Assembly (NCBI RefSeq): GCF_016432865.1 | Contig: NC_067401.1 | Location: forward strand, 364,312,001 to 364,376,000 | Length of the DNA stretch: 64,000 nt | From: Antechinus flavipes | Taxonomy: Eukaryota | Reading direction: 5' to 3' | Shown here: one piece after another, positions 59,234 to 64,000 of the stretch | Numbering within the stretch: the stretch's first letter is position 1 | Layout: every line of letters begins with the position of its first letter | The notes under the pieces: generated by a model | Told to the model about the DNA's origin: nothing | The model's database searches: none | Seen by the model: only the letters and a program-made list of their open reading frames with translations | Made by a program: the position numbers and the translations under genes

Positions 59234-61132
59234 AGAATTGGAAGAGGGTTGAGGCTTTTTTCCATCCCCGGAGCATATCACAGTGCCAGGCCTGTAGAAG
59301 GTGCTTAATAAATGTTTATTGATCGACAGATATAAACAAAGTATTTCTTGCTCTCAAGTTTACATTTTATTAGGGGAGGCATGTATAGATGGGGACACCC
59401 CCAAAATATATGTAAAGATAAACAGAAATACAAGAGAATTTTGGGGAGAAGGTAGTAATGGGTGATCAGTAAAGAGTGCTAGGCCTGCAATGAGGAAGAA
59501 CTAAACTGACATCCAGCCTGATTCCAGTCAAGTCAAATGATACTTGTAAAGCAACCAACATAGTGCCTGCACAGAGTAGGCACTATAAAAATGCAGCTCA
59601 GTGAATAGATCATTGGATCAGGATCAGGAAGACCTGAGTTCAAATATAGCCTCAGATATCTACTAGTTACTGAACCCTAAGGCACTGGAGAAGAAATTAG
59701 CAAAGCACTCCAGTATCTTTGCCAAGAAAACCACAGATAGTACCTGTGTGCTCTGGTCCACAAGATCACAAACAGTTGAAAATGACTCCAATTAAAGGAA
59801 ATAATCATCACATATTTAGAAGGTAAAGCTGGAACTTTGAAGAGTGTGAGTTCCAGCATGAGGGGACAGCAGATTATAATGATGTAAATGCAAAGTCCTA
59901 CTTGAATAACACTAGGAAGGCAAATTCACTCCTAACTGCTCCTGAGACTTCCTCTGCAGACCAAGTAATCCCTGATTCTGTGTATTTTCTGTATTCTTTA
60001 CAAGTGGGTGCTCTGTGGACACCCTCCCACCTACTCCTCCAAATTCTCAATAAGTATTGACTTCAAAGAAAAGCAGAGCCAGCCAAAAGAAGTACCCTCT
60101 TAAATTGCAATATGAAATGGTCAAGAGCAAAAATCACTTCCCCCCCAGGCAACTGAGGTTAAGTGACTTGTCCAGGATCACACAGCTAGTTAAGTGTTTA
60201 TCTAAGGTCAAATTTGAACTCAGGTGCTCCTGACTTAAGGATCAGAATATTCACTGAGCCATCTAGCTGCCTCAAAAATCACTTTTACGAATAACAAATT
60301 TAAAAGATTTAAATTAACAATTTTAAATAGCTGGGTTTTTTTACATTTACATATTTTGGAGGGCCAGAAATCCTATTTTTTAGGTAAAAAATGTTGCATA
60401 TTTACATCAAGTAGGGTACAATATTCCAGTCACCCCATGGCAGATGTTTTGGAATACACTTCCCAAGGCCTCCCACACCCACGCACATGGGGTGTTACTC
60501 TCGCTCTTCTCACAAGTCATGCCCCTGGGGCCCTTTCCTGCCGCACAGCAGGGGGCAGACCCTAGAGCTCAGGCTCACACTAACCTGGCCGAAGCACCAA
60601 CTGTCAAAGGACAGGGTGGAATCCTGCGAAATCTCCCCCAACAAGCTCAACCACAGACTGGGGGCACTTGTCCTCACCCTGCAAGACTAGGCATTTAGCC
60701 TGCCTGGTGGATTTCAGGCTTCACATGGCCCTTTCCCAGGGAGGGGCCTATCCTCTCCATGAAGTCCCCGATCCTTTCCCTGACTCACTGAGAGCTGGGG
60801 AAGACCCTGGACTCATACCCATGGATGGGACTGGGGGCTGCTCCCTGAACCCACCACCCTGTCCACACAGGGCACAGACGTACCCCCGCAATGCCCTCTC
60901 CCTCTGCAGTGGGGGGCCCAGGCTTGCCCACGATGGGGCCGTGGCCCGGCGAACCCGGGCTGCAGCGGAGGTTACCGCACGTGCTACAGGCCCCGCCCCC
61001 ACTGCCCCGACCAGGAGCCGCGGTCGCCGTGCTAGCAGCGACGCTTACCTGCTCCGCCGACACTGCCCCCTTGCCCGTGCTGGCAGCGCCGCTGCCGCTA
61101 CTCTTGTTGCCCCGGTTGCTGCTCTCCGCCAT
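55976..61132 (-). CDS. PFDN2: Prefoldin subunit 2, complete CDS complement(join(55976..56152,56459..56582,56690..56778,61049..61132)), 157 aa
   Basis: Near identity to recalled human PFDN2 (VVAGFNRLRQEQRGLASKAAELEMELNEHS; RKCYRMVGGVLVERTVKEVLPAL; SSAGVLVS*); exon lengths 89/124/177. Confidence 0.97.
56459..56582 (-). CDS. PFDN2: PFDN2 exon 3
   Basis: ccctag|CCTAGTG ... GCAG|GTAAG; LVIDTLREVDPTRKCYRMVGG. Confidence 0.96.
56690..56778 (-). CDS. PFDN2: PFDN2 exon 2
   Basis: ccctag|GTGGTT ... ACAG|GTGAG. Confidence 0.96.
57390..59330. mobile_element. LINE-2 fragments in PFDN2 intron 1 (+ 57390-57872, - 58440-58680, + 58745-59325)
   Basis: L2 3' ends gtacttaataaatattgattgacc and gtgcttaataaatgtttattgatcgac. 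Confidence 0.65.
61049..61132 (-). CDS. PFDN2: PFDN2 exon 1 coding part
   Basis: MAESSNRGNKSSGSGAASTGKGAVSAEQ|GTAAG. Confidence 0.96.
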
Positions 61133-61373
61133 CTTTACCCGCCCGCTAGGTGTAGGGCCCTATAAACCCAATACTCGCCTCCTCGTGCGTCACGTCCGGA
61201 CGCCTCGGCCTCCAGATTTTGGTGCCTGGAGCGCCATCTTGGTTTGGGGCACTTCCGGTGGGCGGGCCCGACGTTTCCGGGTGCCCCATGGCCTCAAATC
61301 TTCTAGACCTTAGGGCGGGAGGCGAGAGAGGGATTTGCGGACCTCCCCCAACTCAGGCTCCGACTCCGGCTCC
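61133..61373. promoter_or_regulatory. PFDN2-NIT1 bidirectional CpG-island promoter
   Basis: Start codons 241 nt apart, head to head; CRE-like TGCGTCA (61186), YY1 GCGCCATCTT (61231), ETS CACTTCCGG (61250), GC box GGGCGGG. Confidence 0.8.
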
Positions 61374-63855
61374 ATGTAGGACCCTACTCTGTGGCTTCCA
61401 CAGTTTGTGCCAGAATGTCCTACCCCAGGGAGAGATGTGGGAGGAGGGAAAGATCGAGCTGGGTCAGGGGCAGTGCATATCGGGGCAAAGGGTAGGGGGG
61501 TCTGGGAAGTGAATGCAGATGCGGAACGTGGGGATGGTTTTCTTGCCCCTTAGGGATTCCGCTGTTCTGCAGGGAGAGATTTGTACTGCGTCAGTGCCAG
61601 GAGAGGGCCAGTGGGGTCCGGCGCAGCAGCCGTGCACGAGCGCCCCACCCGCGGAGCTTAGCTAGGAGACTGGGAGGTGCTCCCGTAGGGCCCCACTACG
61701 TGTTCTGGGGGCAGCTTAGTGTCCCGGCATTCCAGAGGAGTGAGAGGGTCCTAGAACTCTGGTCTTCCCTAGGCTGAGCGCTACCCTCCGGACGCCGAGA
61801 AAGTGCTTGCTGCTTCGCTCTGGATTCAAGCTGCCTGGCCTCTCCCGGTTTCGTGACCCAGCGGGCATCAGGCATAACAGGTAATGCCCGCTCTACCTGC
61901 TCTGGATCAAGGAAGAGGGGAGAGCAGGGGAGACAGGATTCCCAACTGGTTCAGCACTTATGTAGAGCAATAACCGTGGTTCATCTGTGTATTTGCATAG
62001 ATAGCTTTTCATAAAGTAACCCACTGTCCGGTGAAGTTTCTATATCATGATGCCCGTTTTAGGGCCAGCTGAGGCCTGGGGAAGGGGGGCGCGGGAAGAA
62101 GACATTCACTACAGGGGCACCATGACTGAAGGGAAAACGTCTAATGGCACCTGAGGCACTTCTCATGTGATGCCTGAGGTCTGAGCCTCCTGTTTTTCAC
62201 AGGGCTGGGACCATGGCTGTTTCTTCTTCTTCTCGAAGTTTGCCCCTGGTAGCAGTGTGCCAGGTGACATCAACACCAGATAAGGAACAGACCTTTGAAG
62301 CCTGTTCAGGTCTGGTTCGGGAGGCTGCCAAGTTAGGTGCCTGCCTGGCCTTCCTGCCCGAGGCCTTCGACTTCATTGCTCGGGACCCAGCAGAGACACT
62401 TAAACTGTCTGAGCCACTGGGTGGGGATCTTGTGAATCGGTATGCCCGACTTGCCAGGTATGGAAGGTAGCAAAAGCGCAGCACTGGGTTAGGAGGCTCC
62501 GCTGACTGACAGAAACAGTTCTAAGGAGGGTGGTCTTTTGCTTTATCTGAAGGGAATGTGGACTCTGGATATCCCTTGGTGGTTTTCATGAACGTGGCCA
62601 AGATTGGGAGCAGACTCAGCGCATTTATAATTGTCACGTGCTCCTAGACAATAAGGGTGAGACTTTAAGTCCCTAACTTTTTCTATTAACCCTCTCCTGC
62701 CCTTTGAGTTGCATTCTTACAATCTGATTTTTAGACTCCAACTTCACTCCCTTGCACTTTCCTTGCTTGAGACCTTGGAGACAATTTGCCAAGCCTTCAA
62801 GGCCATTCACCAGTTGCATTGCCTCTGCTCTCTTTTGTCTCTCTTCCTTCCCTCCCCCTCCTAAAAAAACAAAACAAAACAAAAACCAATCATACACCTT
62901 GTCAATGTAACATTTGTGCTTCTGGTTCCTAACTATAAGCAGCTCCTGATCTGGGGCAACAGGAGGGAATATAGAATCATCAGCAGAGTATTCCTCTTCT
63001 ACTCCCAAGGCTCTATTGTGGCCACATATAGGAAGACACACCTCTGTGATGTGGAGCTCCCAGGACAGGGATCCATGTGTGAGAGCAACTCTACTATACC
63101 TGGGCCCACTCTTGGGTCACCTGTCAGTACACCAGCTGGCAAGGTTGGCAGGGAGGGAAGGGAGGAGGTTAAAGTGGGGGGAAAGGAATGGGAATACATT
63201 GGAGGGGGCAAGAAAACAGTAGAATAGTATGAAGAGTGGCCATTGTACCAGAGAAGCTAAATATCCTACTCTCCATTCCAGGTAGGCCTGGCCATTTGCT
63301 ATGACTTGCGATTTCCAGAGCTTTCCCTTGCATTAGCCCAGGATGGTGCTGAAATTCTCACCTATCCTTCAGCCTTTGGCTCAGTCACAGGACCAGCTCA
63401 CTGGGAGGTAAGAACCTGCCAATATATAGCAATACATAGACATTGCTGTATTTCTTTCCTAGCTTTTCATGACCATCTCTCAGAACTGATTAGAGGAACA
63501 TTATTTCTATAGGTTACTGCTCTACTCCTTCCCACTTTTCTTCACCAGATGCTGAAATTTATTTCATCCATTTTCTTTCTTTCCCCAGGTTCTGCTCCGT
63601 GCTCGGGCTATAGAGACACAATGCTACGTGATTGCTGCAGCACAATGGGGACAACACCATGAAAAAAGAGGGAGTTATGGACACAGTATGGTGGTGGACC
63701 CTTGGGGAGTTGTGGTAGCCCGCTGTTCTGAGGGGCCAGGCCTCTGCCTTGCCCACATTGACCTGGCCTATTTGCGTCAGGTACGCCAACATATACCTGT
63801 GGCTCAGCACCGAAGACCTGACCTGTATGGCAATTTGGGTCGCCCAGATCCTTGA
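61374..63855 (+). CDS. NIT1: Nitrilase-like protein 1 / deaminated glutathione amidase, CDS join(61374..61375,61773..61880,62203..62457,62553..62656,63010..63143,63282..63407,63589..63855), 331 aa; shorter form from ATG 62213
   Basis: CN-hydrolase Glu-Lys-Cys triad ([20 protein letters not shown]). Exon 3-7 lengths 255/104/134/126/267 match recalled human; the start codon is split AT|G. Confidence 0.95.
61773..61880 (+). CDS. NIT1: NIT1 exon 2 (putative mitochondrial targeting peptide)
   Basis: ccctag|GCTGAG ... ACAG|GTAAT; (M)[35 protein letters not shown] is Arg/Leu/Ser-rich with one acidic residue; phase fits exon 3. Confidence 0.8.
62203..62457 (+). CDS. NIT1: NIT1 exon 3
   Basis: tcacag|GGCTGGG ... 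CCAG|GTATG; [24 protein letters not shown]...[11 protein letters not shown]. Confidence 0.96.
62553..62656 (+). CDS. NIT1: NIT1 exon 4
   Basis: ctgaag|GGAATG ... AAGG|GTGAG; [34 protein letters not shown]. Confidence 0.95.
63010..63143 (+). CDS. NIT1: NIT1 exon 5
   Basis: cccaag|GCTCT ... CAAG|GTTGG; [20 protein letters not shown]. Confidence 0.95.
63282..63407 (+). CDS. NIT1: NIT1 exon 6
   Basis: ttccag|GTAGGC ... GGAG|GTAAG; [42 protein letters not shown]. Confidence 0.96.
63589..63855 (+). CDS. NIT1: NIT1 exon 7 coding part
   Basis: ccccag|GTTCTG; [19 protein letters not shown]...[12 protein letters not shown]...[14 protein letters not shown]. Confidence 0.96.
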   Translation, partial: VLLRARAIETQCYVIAAAQWGQHHEKRGSYGHSMVVDPWGVVVARCSEGPGLCLAHIDLAYLRQVRQHIPVAQHRRPDLYGNLGRPDP

Positions 63856-64000
63856 CTTCTACTCAATGAACCAGGGTCCTATTTTGGGCCAGTGAGGATC
63901 TGTGGCTTGGAGGCAGGACCCCAAGCTACTGAAGAACCTCTCTTCCCTTTCTTTTGTGGCATACAGGTTCAACCTGTTGTAAAGCCCCAGAAATGCTTTT

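Noticed and set aside
63856-64000. DEDD, the next gene in human synteny
   Set aside because: No DEDD coding sequence inside the window; only the NIT1 3' region is visible.

Overview
Vertebrate nuclear DNA from a marsupial, probably a dasyurid (inferred from WSINE1/MIR-type SINEs and marsupial L1 3'UTRs). It is syntenic with human 1q23.3. Left to right: ARHGAP30 intron 1 and first coding exon (-), complete 9-exon NECTIN4/PVRL4 (-, 501 aa), a ~24 kb interval with one 486-N gap, complete KLHDC9 (+, 4 exons, 344 aa), PFDN2 (-, 4 exons, 157 aa) and NIT1 (+, 7 coding exons, 331 aa). All exon boundaries were read by hand; all introns are GT-AG and phases are compatible. Gene and repeat names come from recalled mammalian sequences, not from a database search. 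Most notable observations: (1) in ARHGAP30 intron 1, an ancient L3/CR1 spawned a ~60-bp minisatellite, a twin-primed 5'-inverted L1 inserted into it, and the block was then duplicated with a ~1.84 kb period; (2) a ~149-bp, very GC-rich VNTR fills NECTIN4 intron 4 from position +7 of the donor; (3) splice-bounded, partly disabled reading frames between NECTIN4 and KLHDC9 may be one or two unannotated decayed genes (low confidence); (4) an RFX X-box cluster at KLHDC9; (5) a split start codon plus overlapping uORF in NIT1. No prokaryotic system, CRISPR array or bona fide RNA gene is supported.
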